The notes under the pieces were generated by a model. It ran no database searches and was not told the origin of the DNA. It saw nothing but the letters and a program-made list of their open reading frames with translations. Shown here piece by piece: positions 23,202 to 37,500 of a stretch of DNA of 64,000 nucleotides. Each line of letters opens with the position of its first letter. Positions within the stretch are counted from its first letter, which is position 1. This DNA comes from Paramoeba atlantica (lineage: Eukaryota > Protista > Discosea). The translations under genes were made by a program, and so were the position numbers. The DNA lies in NCBI GenBank assembly GCA_977017575.1, contig CDRNVI010000173.1:54732-118731 (forward strand), read 5' to 3'.

Positions 23202-26200
23202 ATGACAGACCGCCAATTGTTTGAAGCTGTGGAAGGGGGAGATTGTGAAAAAGTCAGACAGCTTCTTTTGAGTCGGAGAGTGGATGTCAATCAAGCTCCA
23301 AGACGCCAGGTGATCATCTTCTTTTCTTCTTTTTTTATCATCATCCTCTCTGGTGATGATTCTGTGTCTCTCTGTGTGTGTTGTGATATTGATTTGAAAG
23401 TTTTGAGAAAAGAAAGGGATTACTCCTTTGATGAGAGCATGTGAAAAAGGAGACTTAAAGACGATTACTTTGTTGATTGAAAATGGTGCTTCCCTCAAGA
23501 GCCCTGTTGCTCAGGTTTTTCTCTCTTTCTTTTTCTCCTTTTTTTGGTGATGAGTGAAAGTTTGATGATTGATTGTCTCTGTTGTTCTGGTTTTTGAAGG
23601 ATGGATCAGATCCATTGATTAGTGCTTGTGAATTTGGGAATCTTGAAATAGTTCAGTTTCTTTTTGAGAAAGGCTCTTCTCTTCTTCAGTCATCAGTAAA
23701 TCATTTTTCTCTTTTTTTTTCTGATCCCATTTTTTCATTGCTTGTTGTGGGTGTTCAACTCAACTCTTCTTCTTTTATTTTTATTTGATTGTAGCAAACA
23801 CCAAAGAAGACTGCATTATCTTCAGTTTGTGAAAAAGGATACTTTGAAATTGCCAAATTTTTGATTGAAAAAGGAGCCACAGTAGACCAAACAACAACAG
23901 TTTCTCTTTCTTTCTTCCTCTCTCTCTCTCTCTTTCTCTCCTCATATCAAAGAGATTCAAAAATTTTTAAAATTATCATTTTGTTTGAACAGGGAGGTGA
24001 AAGCCCTTTGTGGATTTGTTGTGAAAGGGGAGACATTGAAATGGCAAATCTTTTGATTGACAACAAAGCAAAAGTGGATTGGTCAACAAATGTAAACTTT
24101 CTCTTCAGTTTTTTGAATGTTTTCACAAAAAAAAACTAATCTTTACCAATCTTCTTCTTTTTGGGGTGGGGGGGAACAGGAAGGAGAAACTTCTTTTTGT
24201 TGTGCTTGTAAAAGAGGGGATTTTGAAATGGCACAATTTTTGATCAACAAAGGCGCAAATATCAACTTTTCTTTACCAAATTTTTTTCGTCCTCACACCC
24301 TCATTGTTAGTTTTTCTCTGTCTCTTTTTCAAAGTTTTCACAATTGATTTCTGAAACAAAAGAGATTTTCTTTAATTCATCTCTTTTTGATAGGGTTGGA
24401 GTCCTTTATGTGTTGCAGTTTTGGAGAATAATATCAAAATGGTTCATTTCCTTCTTGAAAAGGGTGCTAATCCAAATGTTCTTTCAAAAGTCTGTTTTTT
24501 ATTTTTTGAATGTCTTGTCTTTATATCTATGTTGGGGAGGGGAGAAAGAGGAATTGATGGATTCTATTTTGTCCTTTCGTCATTTTAGGATCAAATGTCT
24601 CCATTTCACATTGCCTGTCAAAAAGGGAATTTAGAGATTGCCAAAAGTTTTCTGAAGATAGAAGATCTTGAGATTGATCAACCAGGAAAGCAGGTTTTTT
24701 CTTTTTTTCTTTTCTCTCTTGTTTGAGATTTCTTTGATAATTTATTGAAATCAACTTTTGTGAAACAAAAAGGGAAAGACAGCTTTGTTTGAGGCAACTG
24801 AGGGAGGTCATTTTGACATTATTACTTTATTGGTGGAAAGAGGTGCTTCAATCAATTTTCTCAATCGAGTTTGTTTTCTCTCTTTTGATTTTTTTGATTG
24901 TCAAAATGAAAAAACTTTGATTTTAAAGTTATTCTCTCTAAAAATTGTGACAGCTCCACAGAACCCCCTTTCACATTGCATGTAAATTAGGAGATCTTAA
25001 AATTGTTTCTTTCTTCACCAAACATGGTGCTCAACTTCAAGTTAGGTACAGTGATGGTCTTGTCTTGGCATGTAAAGAGGGTAACATGGATGTAATCTCT
25101 TATTTATTAGAGAATATGAAAGAGGTATTTTTTTATTAGGAAACATTTTTTTCTGTTTTCAACACACTATTCACAATTCACCACCCCACCCCCCCTTTTT
25201 TACCTTTTTGATCTCCACACACACCAGGAATTGAATGTTGGACCTTTATGTTTTGCAAGTGAAAATGGGAAATTTGATTTGGCTCAATTTTTGATTTCTA
25301 AAAATTGTCCAATCAATGGAATTCACAATCAATTTGTATTTTCTTTTTTTCACAACTTTGAAATTTCTTTTCTCTTTGTCTTATTAAAAATTTTCGTCAC
25401 CACAGGAGGGTTATTCACCTCTGACTCTTGCATGTATAAACAACAATTTAGATATTGCAGAATTATTATTACAAAATGGAGCACATCTCATTGTTCAAGT
25501 TTGTTGGTTTTTTTGATAACCTTCCTCAAAACAATCCTCTCTCTCTTCTTTCTTTTTTTCTTTTCTTTCAATTTACCATCAATTTGGTTTTGGAAAAACA
25601 GGGACAGAGTTCTGTTCTTTATCAAGTTTGCAATTCCTATTCTGTTAATTTACCAGCTGTTAAGTTCTTAGTTGAAAATGGAGCAGATGTAAATGAAATC
25701 AATCAAGTATTTTCTAATTTGATTTTTTTCAATGGGTGTTTTTGAGCCAGATTAATCATTTTTTTTGAAAGGGTTCCACTCCTCTCATGGCTCTCCTTAG
25801 TCGACCTCCTGGTCAACAAAACGAGATTCTTTTATTTATGTTGAAAAATGGTGTTGAAATCAACAAAACAAATGAGGTTTTTCACATTTCTTTGTTTTGG
25901 GGTACTCTTTGGGAACAATTCATTCAACCAAAATGGTAGGATGGAAGTACTGCGCTCCATGCAGCTGCACAAAACGGTATGTTGGAGATAGTGAAACTTT
26001 TGTGTGAATATGGTGCTGATCCTGAAATCAAAAATAACTTGGTTCTTTTTTCTTTGGTTTATTTATTTATTTTTTTTGATGAATCTCTTTTTTTTGATAT
26101 TTTTAAATATTTTAGGGAGAAACACCAGCAGACTCCACCTACTATCAATCAGTGAAGAAGTTTTTGAAGGTTTTTTAAATCTTTTCATCATTATTTTTGA

Positions 26201-26451
26201 AATTCACAAAGAATTGAAACACAATTTTTGGATAGGAATACATTCACATTGATGGTTCAATTAAACCTGCAAAACGAGAAGGGAATGAAAAGATTGAATC
26301 AAATGGAAAAGAAGAACAAAGAGAAGGAGAAGAAGAACAAAGAGAAGAAAGAGAAGAAGAAGGAAAAGAAAGAGAAAGTAAAAAGAGAAAGATTGGAGAT
26401 GAATGTGGTTTTGGTGATGAAATTGAATTCAAAAAACCTCGAATCGATTAA
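23202..26451 (+). CDS. ANK-B1: ankyrin-repeat paralogue, 17-exon type with one copy of the duplicable exon pair
   Basis: ATG 23202 (MTDRQLFEAVEGG), same exon series as A1, ending KKPRID*(TAA 26449-26451). The exon-6 donor GT is absent; a phase-0 GTTAGT nine codons downstream could substitute. Confidence 0.8.
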
Positions 26452-26715
26452 CCTCCACAAAATTGAAAAAGGAAATCTTCTTTTTTCAAAAAAGAAATTG
26501 TTTATTTTATTTGGGGGTGGGAAGAGGTAATAAACCGAAAAATAGGGAATAAGATGACAATAAGATGACTATTTCAGAACAAGAAGAGAAAATGAAAATC
26601 AAAAAGAGAGAAATCATGAAAATGGCTAAATTTAGTTTTCTAAAAAGAAGGAGCAACTTGTTTTTTTTGTTTTGTTTGGGGTGAGAGGAGAAAGAGAGAG
26701 AAAAGAGAGAGGGAA

Positions 26716-29700
26716 ATGGCAGACTTCCAATTGTTTGAAGCCGTGGAAGGAGGAGATTATGAAAAGGTTCAACAACTCCTTTTGAATCAAAAAGTAGATG
26801 TCAATCAAGCTTGTGTGTTGAGTTGTGATATTGATCTGAAAGTTTTAAGAAAAGGAAGGGATTACTCCTTTGATGAGAGCATGTGAAAAAGGAGACTTAA
26901 AGATGATTACTTTGTTGATTGAAAATGGAGCTTCCCTCAAGAGTCCTCCTGCTGAGGTTTTTTTCTCTTTCTTTTTCTCCAAAAAAGATTCTCTTTTTTT
27001 GGGAGGAGAAAATTTTGATGATTGATTGTCTCTTTTGTTGTGGTTTTTGAAGGATGGATCAGATCCATTTATTATTGCTTGTGAATTTGGGAATCTTGAA
27101 ATTGTTCAATTTCTTTTTGAGAAAGGCTCTTCTCTTGAGCCAATTTCGGTAACTTGTCTCTCTTTTTTTTTCTAATCTCATTTTTTTCATATTGATTGTT
27201 GTTGTGTATTCAACTCAATTCTTCTTCTTTTATTTTTATTTGATTGTAGCAAAAACCAAAGAAGACTGCATTATCTTCAGTTTGTGAAAAAGGATATTTT
27301 GAAATTGCCAAATTTTTGATTGAAAAAGGAGCCAAAGTAGATCAAACAACGATAGTTTCTCTTTCTTTCTTTCTCTCTTTCTCTCTTTCTCTCCCCGTTT
27401 ATTCACCTTTCCATTATTTAAAGTTCCCATTTGTTTGAACAGGGAGGGAAAAGCCCTTTGTGGATTTGTTGTGAAAGGGGAGACATTAAAATGGCAAACC
27501 TTTTGATTGACAACAAAGCAAAAGTAGATTGGTCAACAAATGTAAAGTTTTTCTTCAGTTTTTTGAATGTTTTCACAAAAAAAAACTAATCTTTACCAAT
27601 CTTCTTTTTTTTGGCGAGGGAACAGGAAGGAGAAACTTCTTTGTGTCACGCTTGCAAAAGAGGGGATTTTGAAATGGCACAATTTTTGATCAACAAAGGT
27701 GCAAATATCAACTTTTCTTTACCAGTTTTTTTTAATCCTCACATCCTCATTGTTAGTTTTTTCTGTTTCTCATTTTTCAAAGTTTTCACAATCGATTTCT
27801 GAAACAAAAGAGATTTCCTTTAATTCACCTCTTTTTGGTAGGGTTGGAGTCCTTTATGTGTTGCAGTTTTGGAGAATAATATCAAAATGGTTCATTTCCT
27901 TCTTGAAAAGGGTGCTAAGCCAAATATCCGTTCAAAAGTATGTTTTTTATTTTTTGAATGTCTCTCTTTATATTTTTGTTGGGGAGGGGAGAAAGAGGAA
28001 TTGATGGATTCTATTTTGTCTTTTTGTCATTTTAGGATCAAATATCTCCCTTTCACATTGCCTGTCAAAAAGGGAATTTAGAGATTGTCAAAAGTTTTCT
28101 GAAGATAAAAGATCTTCAAATTGATCAGCCAGGAAAGCAGGTTTTTTCTTTTCTCTCTTGTTTGAGATTTCTTTGATATTTTGAAATCAACTTTTGTGAA
28201 AAAAAAAGGGAAAGACAGCTTTGTTTGAGGCAACTCTGGGAGGTCATTTTGACATTATTACTTTATTGGTGGAAAGAGGTGCTTCAATCAATTTTCTCAA
28301 TCAAGTTTGTTTTCTCTTTGATTTTTTATTGTTTGAACATTTCTCTCTAAAAATTGTTACAGCTCCACAGAACCCCTTTTTCCATTGCATGTAAATTAGG
28401 AGATCTTAAAATTGTTTCTTTCTTCACCAAACGTGGTGCTCAACTTCAAGTTAGGTACAGTGATGGTCTTGTCTTGGCATGTGAAGAGGGTCACATGGAT
28501 GTAATCTCTTATTTATTGGAGAATATGAAAGAGGTATTTTTTCAACACAATATTCGCAATTCACAACTCACTACCCTTTTTTTCATACCTTTTTTTATAT
28601 CCACACACACCAGGAATTGAATGTTGGACCTCTGTGTTTTGCAAGTCAAAAAGGGAAATTTGATTTGGCTCAATTTTTGATTTCTAAAAATTGTCCAATC
28701 AATGGAATTCACAATCAATTTGTATTTTCTTTTTTTCAAAACTTTGAAATTTCTTTTCTCTTTGTCTTATTAAAAATTTTCATCACCACAGGAGGGTTAT
28801 TCACCTCTGACTCTTGCATGTATAAACAACAATTTAGATATTGCAGAATTATTATTACAAAATGGAGCACATCTTGTTCAAGTTTGTTGGTTTTTTTTGA
28901 TTCCTCAAAAAATCCTCTCTCTTCTTTCTTTTTTTCTTTCTTTCAATTTACCATCAATTTGGTTTTGGAAAAACAGGGACAGAGTTCTGTTCTTCATCAA
29001 GTTTGTGATTCCCATTCTGTTAATTTACCAGCTGTTAAGATCTTAGTTGAAAATGGAGCAGATGTAAATGGAATCTATCAAGTATTTTCTAATTTGATTT
29101 TTTCAATAGGTATTTTTGAGCCATTTTAATCATTTTTTTTTTGAAAGGGTCGCACTCCTCTCATGGCTCTCCTTAGTCGACCTCCTGGTCGACAAAATGA
29201 GATTCTTTTATTTATGTTGAAAAATGGTGTTCAAATCAACAAAACAAATGGGGTTTTTCACATTTCTTTGTTTTTGAGGTACTCTTTGGGAACAATTCAT
29301 TCAACCAAAATTGTAGGGTGGAAGTACTGCACTCCATCTGGCTGCACATAGGGGTCTGTTGGAGCTGGTGAAACTTTGGTGTGAATATGGTGCTGATCCT
29401 GAAATCAAAAATAACTATGTTCTTTTTTCTTTGGTTTTATTGATTTATTTTTTTGATGAACCTCTGATTTTTGATATTTTTAAATATTTTAGGGACAAAC
29501 ACCAGCAGACACCACCTACTGTCAATCAGTGAAGAAGTTTTTTCAGGTTTTTCTTTTTCTTTTTCTCATTATTTTTGAAATTCGCAAAGAATTGAAACAC
29601 AATTTTTGGATAGGAATACATTCACATTGATGGTTCAATTAAACCTGCAAAACGAGAAGGGAATGAAAAGATTGAATCAAATGGAAAAGAAGAACAAAGA

Positions 29701-29808
29701 GAACAAGGAGAAGAAGGAGAAGAAAGAGAAAGTAAAAAGAGAAAGATTGGAGATGAATGTGGTTTTGGTGATGAAAAAATTGGATTCAAAAAACCTCGAA
29801 TCGATTGA
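26716..29808 (+). CDS. ANK-C: ankyrin-repeat paralogue with a deletion removing the first splice donor (possible pseudogene)
   Basis: ATG 26716 (MADFQLFEAVEGG), stop TGA 29808. At about 26811, caatcaagct joins directly to mid-intron tgtgtgttgagttgtgat. A cryptic phase-0 donor (TGT|gtgttg) is possible. Confidence 0.7.
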
Positions 29809-30101
29809 CCTCCACAAATTGAAAAGGGAAATCTTCTTTTTTCAAAAAAGAAATTGTTTATTTTATTTGGGGTGGTAGAGGAAATAATAAAAATAAAAAA
29901 TAAGGTGACAATTTCATAACAAAAGAAAGAGAGAAAATGAAAATCAAAAAGAGGAGGAAATGATGAAAATGGCTAAATGCAAATGGCTCAATTTAGCTTT
30001 CTAAAAAGAAAGGAGCAAGTTGCTTTTTCTCTTTTCGGTTTGGTGTGTCTTTGGTGAGAAGTTTGTTTTTTTGGGGTGAGAGAGAAAGAGAGAGAGAAGA
30101 A

Positions 30102-30885
30102 ATGTCATTAACAGACTGCCAATTATTTGAAGCTGTGGGAAGTGGGGATTGTGAAAAAGCCAAACAACTCCTTTTGAATCAAAAAGTGGATGTCAATCAA
30201 TCTCCAAGACACCAGGTTGTTCAGTCTCTCTCCTTTTTGTCTTTTTTTTTGTGTTGATCTTTTTTGTGATTGATCATCATCATCTTTGTGTGTATGATCA
30301 TCATGATTATCTGGTGTCTGTGGGTGTGTGTGTGTTGAGTTGTGATATTGATCTGAAAGTTTTGAGAAAAGAAAGGGTTTACTCCTTTGATGAGAGCTTG
30401 TGAAAAAGGAGACTTAAAGATGATTACTTTGTTGATTGAAAATGGTGCTTCCCTCAAGAGTCTTGCTCGGGTTATTTTCTCTTTCTTTTTTTGAAAAAGT
30501 TGGTTGTTTGTCTTGGGAGGAAAAAAGTTTGATGATTGATTGTCTCTGTTGTTATGGTTTTTAGGATGGATCAGATCCATTTATTCTCGCTTGTGAATTT
30601 GGGGATCTTGAAATAGTTCAATTTCTTTTTGAGAAAGGCTCTTCTCTTCATCCAATTTCAGTAACTCATCTCTCTTTTTTTTTTCTCTAATCATATTTTT
30701 TCATCTTGATTGTTGTTGGGTGTGTGTTCAACTCAATTCTTCTTTTTTTATTTTTATTTGATTGTAGCAAAAACCAAAGAAGACTGCATTATCTTCAGTT
30801 TGTGAAAAAGGACACTTTCAAATTGTTAAATTTTTGATTGAAAAAGGAGCCACAGTAGATCAAACAAAGACAGTTTCTCTTTCTC

Positions 30886-30916
<31 letters not shown>

Positions 30917-33900
30917 CTCCTCATATCAAATCAATTTTTAGATTCCTCTTTCCATTTTTTTTGGAAGTTATTATTTGTTTTTTGAATGATCATTTTGTTT
31001 GAACAGAGAGGGAAAAGCCCTTTGTGGATTTGTTGTGAAAGGGGAGACATTAAAATGGCAAATCTTTTGATTGACAACAAAGCAAAAGTGGATTCGTCAA
31101 CAAATGTAAAGTTTTTTTGAATGTTTTTTTGAATGTTTTCACAAAAAAAAACTAATCTTGACCAATCTTCTTATTTTTTTGGGGGGGCGGGGGAACAGAA
31201 AGGAGAAACTTCTTTTTGTTGTGCTTGTAAAAGAGGGGATTTTGAAATGGCACAATTTTTGATCAACAAAGGCGCAAATGTCAACTTTTCCTCACAAAAT
31301 GTTATTTTTTTCTTCCATACCCCTTTTTTCTCTTTCTCAACTTTCAAAGTTTTCAGAATTGATTTCTGAAACAAAAGAGATTTCCTTTAATTCACCTCTT
31401 TTTGGTAGAGTTGGAGTCCTTTATGTTTTGCAGTTTTGGGGAATGATATCAAAATGGTTCATTTCCTTCTTGAAAAGGGTGCTAATCCAAATATCCGTTC
31501 AAAAGTATGTTTTTATTTTTTGAATGTCTCTCTTTTTATTTATGTTGGAGGTGAAGAAGAGGAATTGCTGAATTTTATGTTGTCCTTTTGTCATTTTAGG
31601 ATAAAATGTCTCCCTTTCACGTTGCTTGTCAAAAAGGGAATTTAGAGATTGTCAAAACTTTTTTGAAAATAGAAGATCTTCAGATTGATCAACAAGGAAA
31701 TGGGGTTTCTTTTTTTCTTTTCTCTCTTGTTTGAGATTTCTTTGATGATTTATTGAAATCAACTTTTGTGAAACAAAAAGGGAAAGACAGCTTTGTTTGA
31801 GGCAACTCTGGGAGGTCATTTTGACATTATTACTTTATTGGTGGAAAGAGGTGCTTCAGTCAATTTTAAAGATCATGTCTGTTTTCTTTTTTTTAATTTG
31901 GAAAAAAGAAAAATATCTTTTTATTTTTTGAATGTCTTGTCTTTTTTTGTATGTTGGTGATGAAGAGGAATTTACGAAATTTTATTTTGTCCTTTTTTGT
32001 CATTTTAGTATGGAATGTCTCCATTTCGCGTTGCTTGTCAAAAAGGGAATTTAGAGATTGTCAAAAGGTTTTTGAAGATAGAAGATCTTCAGATTGATCA
32101 ACAAGGAAAAGAGGTTTTTTCTTTTTTTTCTTTTCTCTTGAGATTTCTTTGATGATTTATTAAAATCAACATTTGTGAAACAAAAAGGGAAAGACAGCTT
32201 TGTTTGAGGCAACTCTGGGAGGTCATTTTGACATTGTTACTTTATTGGTGGAAAGAGGTGCTTCAATCAATTTTAGAGATAATGTCTGTTTTCTTTTTTT
32301 TCTTTTTTTTTTTTTATTTTTTGAATGTCTTGTCTTTTTTTGTATGTTGGAGGTGAGGAAGAGGAATTTATGAATTCTATTTTGTCTTTTTGTCATTTTA
32401 GGGTGGAATGTCTCCATTTCGCGTTGCTTGTCAAAAAGGGAATTTAGAGATTGTCAAAATTTTTTTGGAGATAAAAGATCTTCAGATTGATCAACCAGGA
32501 AAGCAGGTTTTTTCTTTTTTTCTTTTCTCTTGTTTGAGATTTCTTTGATAATTTATTGAAATCAACTTTTGTGAAACAAAAAGGGAAAGACAGCTTTGTG
32601 TGAGGCAATTGAGGGAGGTCATTTTGACATTATCACTTTATTGGTGGAAAGAGGTGCTTCAATCAATTTTGAATATCATGTCTGTTTTCTCTTTTTGATG
32701 TTTTATTGTTTGAACATTTCTCTCTAAAAAAAATTGTGACAGCTTCGCAAAACCCCCTTTCACATTGCATGTGAATTAGGAGATCTTAAAATTGTTTCTT
32801 TCTTCACCAAACATGGTGCTCAACTTCAAGCTAGGTACAGTGATGGTCTTGTCTTGGCATGTAAAGAGGGTCACATGGATGTAATCTCTTATTTATTAGA
32901 GAATATGAAAGAGGTATTTTTTTTATTAGGAAACATTTTTTCTGTTTTCAACACAATATTCACAATTCACCACCCCACCCCTTTTTTTCATTTTTTTTAT
33001 CTCCACACACACCAGGAATTGAATGTTGGACCTTTATGTTTTGCAAGTGAAAAAGGGAAATTTGATTTGGCTCAATTTTTGATTTCTAAAAATTGTCCAA
33101 TCAATGGAATTCACAATCACTTTGTATTTTCTTTTCTTTTTCTTTCAAAAAGTGTTGAAATTTCTTTTCTCTTTGTCTTTACAAAGTCTCATCACCACAG
33201 AATGATTGTTCACCTCTGGCTCTTGCATGTATAAACAACAATTTGGATATTGTTGAATTATTATTACAAAATGGAGCACATCTCATTGTTCAAGTTTGTT
33301 GGTTTTTTTGATAATCTTCCTCAAAACAATCCTCTCTCTTCTTTCTTTCTTTCTTTTCTTTCTTTCAATTTACCATCAATTTGGTTTTGGGAAAACAGGG
33401 AAAGAGTATTCTTCATCAAGTTTGTGATTCTTATTCTGCTACTTTACCAGCTGTGAAGATTTTAGTTGAAAATGGAGCAGATGTAAATGAAACCTATCAA
33501 GTATTCTATTTTGATTTTTTTTCAATGGGTGTTTTTGAGTTTTTTTAATCATTTTTTTTGAAGGGTCGCACTCCTCTCATGGCTCTTATCCAATATCAAC
33601 GATTTCAGAAAATCAAAGAGGTTGTTTTATTTATGTTAAAAAATGGTGCTGAAATCAACAAAACATATGAGGTTTTTCTCATTTCTTTGATTTTTGGGGT
33701 ACTCTTGGGGAACAATTCATCAAACCAAAATGATAGGATGGGAGGACTGCGCTCCATGTGGCTGCAAGTAGGGGTATGTTGGAGATGGTGAAACTTTTGT
33801 GTGAATATGGTGCTGATCCTGAAATCAAAAATAACTTGGTTCTTTTTTCTTTGATTTTTATTGATTGACTTTTTTTTTTTAATATTTTAAAATATTTTAG

Positions 33901-34240
33901 GGACAAACACCAGCAGACACCACCTCTTCTCAACATGTGAAGAAGTTTTTGGAGGTTTTTCTTTTTCTTTTTCTCATTATTTTTGAAATTCCCAAAGAAT
34001 TGAAACACAATTTTTGGATAGGAATACATTCTCATTGATGGTTCAATTAAACCTGCAAAACGAGAAGGGAATGAAAAGATTGAATCAAATGGAAAAGAAG
34101 AACAAAGAGAAGGAGAAGAAGAACAAAGAGAAGAATAAAGAGAAGAAGGAGAAGAAAGAGAAAGTAAAAAGAGAAAGATTGGAGATGAATGTGGTTTTGG
34201 TGGTGATGAAATTGAATTCAAAAAACCTCGAATGGATTAA
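30102..34240 (+). CDS. ANK-A2: ankyrin-repeat paralogue of A1 with the triplicated exon pair
   Basis: ATG 30102 ([15 protein letters not shown]), exon series matching A1 including three MSPF/GKTAL exon pairs (31600-32679), ending KKPRMD*(TAA 34238-34240). Confidence 0.85.
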
Positions 34241-34522
34241 CCTCCACAAAATTGAAAAAGGAAATCTTCTTTTCAAAAAGAAGTTGTTTATTTTATTTGG
34301 GTGTGGGGGGGGGGAGAGGGGCAAATAATAAAATAGAAATAAAGAATAAGGTCCCAATTTCATACCAAAGAGAGAGAGAAAAGGACAAGAGAAAATGAAA
34401 ATCAAGAAATGAGCACCGCTAAATTTTGGTGCTCTAAAAAAGAAAAGTATTTTTCGGGTGCCAAAGAGGAGAAAGAGAAAGAGAAAAAGAGAGAAAGAAA
34501 GAGAAAGAGAGAGAGAGGGGAA

Positions 34523-37500
34523 ATGACAGACCGCAAATTGTTTGGAGCTGTGGAAGGGGGAGATTATGAAAAGGTTCAACAACTCCTTTTGAATCAAAAA
34601 GTAGATGTCAATCAAGCTCCAAGACGCCAGGTGATCATCTTCTTTTCTTTTTTTTATCATCATCCTCTCTGGTGATGATTCTGTGTCTCTCTGTGTGTGT
34701 TGTGATCTTGAGCTGAAAGTTTTGAGAAAAGAAAGGGATTACTCCTTTGATGAGAGCATGTGAAAAAGGAGACTTAAAGATGATCACTTTGTTGATTGAA
34801 AATGGTGCTTCACTTGAGAGTCATGTTGCTGAGGTTTTTTTCTCTTTCTTTTTTTCTTTTTTTGGTGATGAGCGAAAGTTTGATGATTGATTGTCTCTGT
34901 TGTTATGGTTTTTGAAGGATGGATCAGATCCATTTATTCTTGCTTGTGAATTTGGGAATCTTGAAATAGTTCAGTTTCTTTTTGAGAAAGGCTCTTCTCT
35001 TCTTCAATCATCAGTCAATCATCTCTCTTTTTTTTTTCTGATCCCATTTTTTCATTGCTTGTTGTGTGTATTCAACTCAATTCTTCTTCTTTTATTTTTA
35101 TTTGGTGTAGCAAAAACCAAAGAAGACTGCATTATCTTCAGTTTGTGAAAAAGGACACTTTCAAATTGCCAAATTTTTGATTGAAAAAGGAGCCAAAGTA
35201 GATCAAACAAAGACAGTTTCTCTTTCTTTCTTCCTCTCTCTCTCTCTCTTTCTCTCCTCATATCAAAGAGATTCAAAAATTTTTAAAATTATCGTTTTGT
35301 TTGAACAGGGAGGTGAAAGCCCTTTGTGGATTTGTTGTGAAAGGGGAGACATTGAAATGGCAAATCTTTTGATTGACAACAAAGCAAAGGTGGATTGGTC
35401 AACAAATGTAAACTTTCTCTTCAGGATTTTGAATGTTTTCACAAAAAAAAACTAATCTTTACCAATCTTCTTTTTTGGGGGGGAACAGGAAGGAGAAACT
35501 TCTTTTTGTTGTGCTTGTAAAAGAGGGGATTTTGAAATGGCACAATACAAAGGCGCAAATATCAACTTTTCTTTACCAAATTTTTTTCGTCCTCACACCC
35601 TCATTGTTAGTTTTTCTCTGTCTCTTTTTCAAAGTTTTCACAATTGATTTCTGAAACAAAAGAGATTTTCTTTAATTCATCTCTTTTTGATAGGGTTGGA
35701 GTCCTTTATGTGTTGCAGTTTTGGAGAATAATATCAAAATGGTTCATTTCCTTCTTGAAAAGGGTGCTCACCCAAATACCCTTTCAAAAGTCTGTTTTTT
35801 ATTTTTTGAATGTCTTGTCTTTATATCTATGTTGGGGAGGGGAGAAAGAGGAATTGATGGATTCTATTTTGTCCTTTTGTCATTTTAGGATGAAATGTCT
35901 CCATGGCATATTGCTTGTCAAAAAGGGAATTTAGAGATTGTCAAAATTTTTTTGAAAATAGAAGATCTTGAGATTGATCAACAAGGAAATCGGGTTTTCT
36001 TTTTTTCTTTTCTCTTGTTTGAGATTTCTTTGATGATTTATTGAAATCAACTTTTGTGAAACAAAAAGGGAAAGACAGCTTTCTTTGAGGCAACTGAGGG
36101 AGGTCATTTTGACATTGTTACTTTATTGGTGGAAAGGTGCTTCAATCAATTTTGAAAATCATGTCTGTTTTCTCTTTTTGATTTTTTATTGTTTGAACAT
36201 TTCTCTCTAAAAATTGTTACAGCTCCACAGAACGCCTTTTTCCATTGCATGTAAATTAGGAGATCTTAAAATTGTTTCTTTCTTCACCAAACATGGTGCT
36301 CAACTTCAAGTTAGGTACTGTGATGGTCTTGTCTGTGCATGTGAAGAGGGTAACATGGATGTAATCTCTTATTTATTAGAGAATATGAAAAAGGTATTTT
36401 TTTTTTCTGTTTTCAACACAATATTCACAATTCACCACACTCCCCCCTTTTTTTACCTTTTTTATCTCCACACACACCAGGAATTGAATGTTGGACCTTT
36501 ATGTTTTGCAAGTGAAAAAGGGAAATTTGATTTGGCTCAATTTTTGATTTCTAAAAATTGTCCAAGCAATGGAGTTCACAATCAATTTGTATTTCTTTTT
36601 TTCTTTTTCTTTTTTCAAAAACTTTGAAATTTCTTTAACTTTTCATCACCACAGGAGGGTTATTCACCTCTGACTCTTGCGTGTATAAACAACAATTTAG
36701 ATATTGCAGAATTATTATTACAAAATGGAGCACATCTCATTGTTCAAGTTTGTTGGTTTTTTGAATAACTTTCCTCAAAACAATCCTCTCTCTTCTTTCT
36801 TTCTTTTTTTTCTTTCTTTTAATTTACTATCAATTTGGTTTTGGAAAAACAGGGACGGAGTTCTGTTCTTTATCAAGTTTGCAATTCCTATTCTGTTAAT
36901 TTACCAGCTGTTAAGTTCTTAGTTGAAAATGGAGCAGATGTAAATGAAATCTATCAAGTATTTTCTAATTTGATTTTTTTCAATGGGTGTTTTTGAGTAT
37001 CATTTTAATCATTTTTTTTGAAAGGGTTCCACTCCTCTCATGGCTCTCCTTAGTCGACCTCCTGGTCGACAAAACGAGATTATTTTATTTATGTTAAAAA
37101 ATGGTGCTGAAATCAACAAAACAGATGAGGTTTTTCTCATTTCCTTGTTTTTGGGGTACTCTTTGGGAACAATTCATTCAACCAAAATGATAGGATGGGG
37201 ATACTGCGCTCCATCTGGCTGCACAAAAGGGACAGTTGGAGATAGTGAAACTTTTGTGTGAACATGGTGCTGATCCTGAAATCAAAAATAACTATGTTCA
37301 TTTTTCTTTGGTTTATTTATTTATTTTTTTGATGAATCTCTTATTTTTGATATTTTTAAATATTTTAGGGAGAAACACCAGCAGACTCCACCTACTATCA
37401 ATCAGTGAAGAAGTTCTTGAAGGTTTTTTAAATCTTTTCATCATTATTTTTGAAATTCACAAAGAATTGAAACACAATTTTTGGATAGGAATACATTCAC

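Noticed and set aside
26626-26635. CTAAATTTAG palindrome 90-125 nt upstream of ANK and T8 ATGs, with loose look-alikes upstream of housekeeping genes
   Set aside because: Its recurrence in the array is explained by duplication, it is degenerate in two copies, and short AT-rich palindromes are expected by chance.
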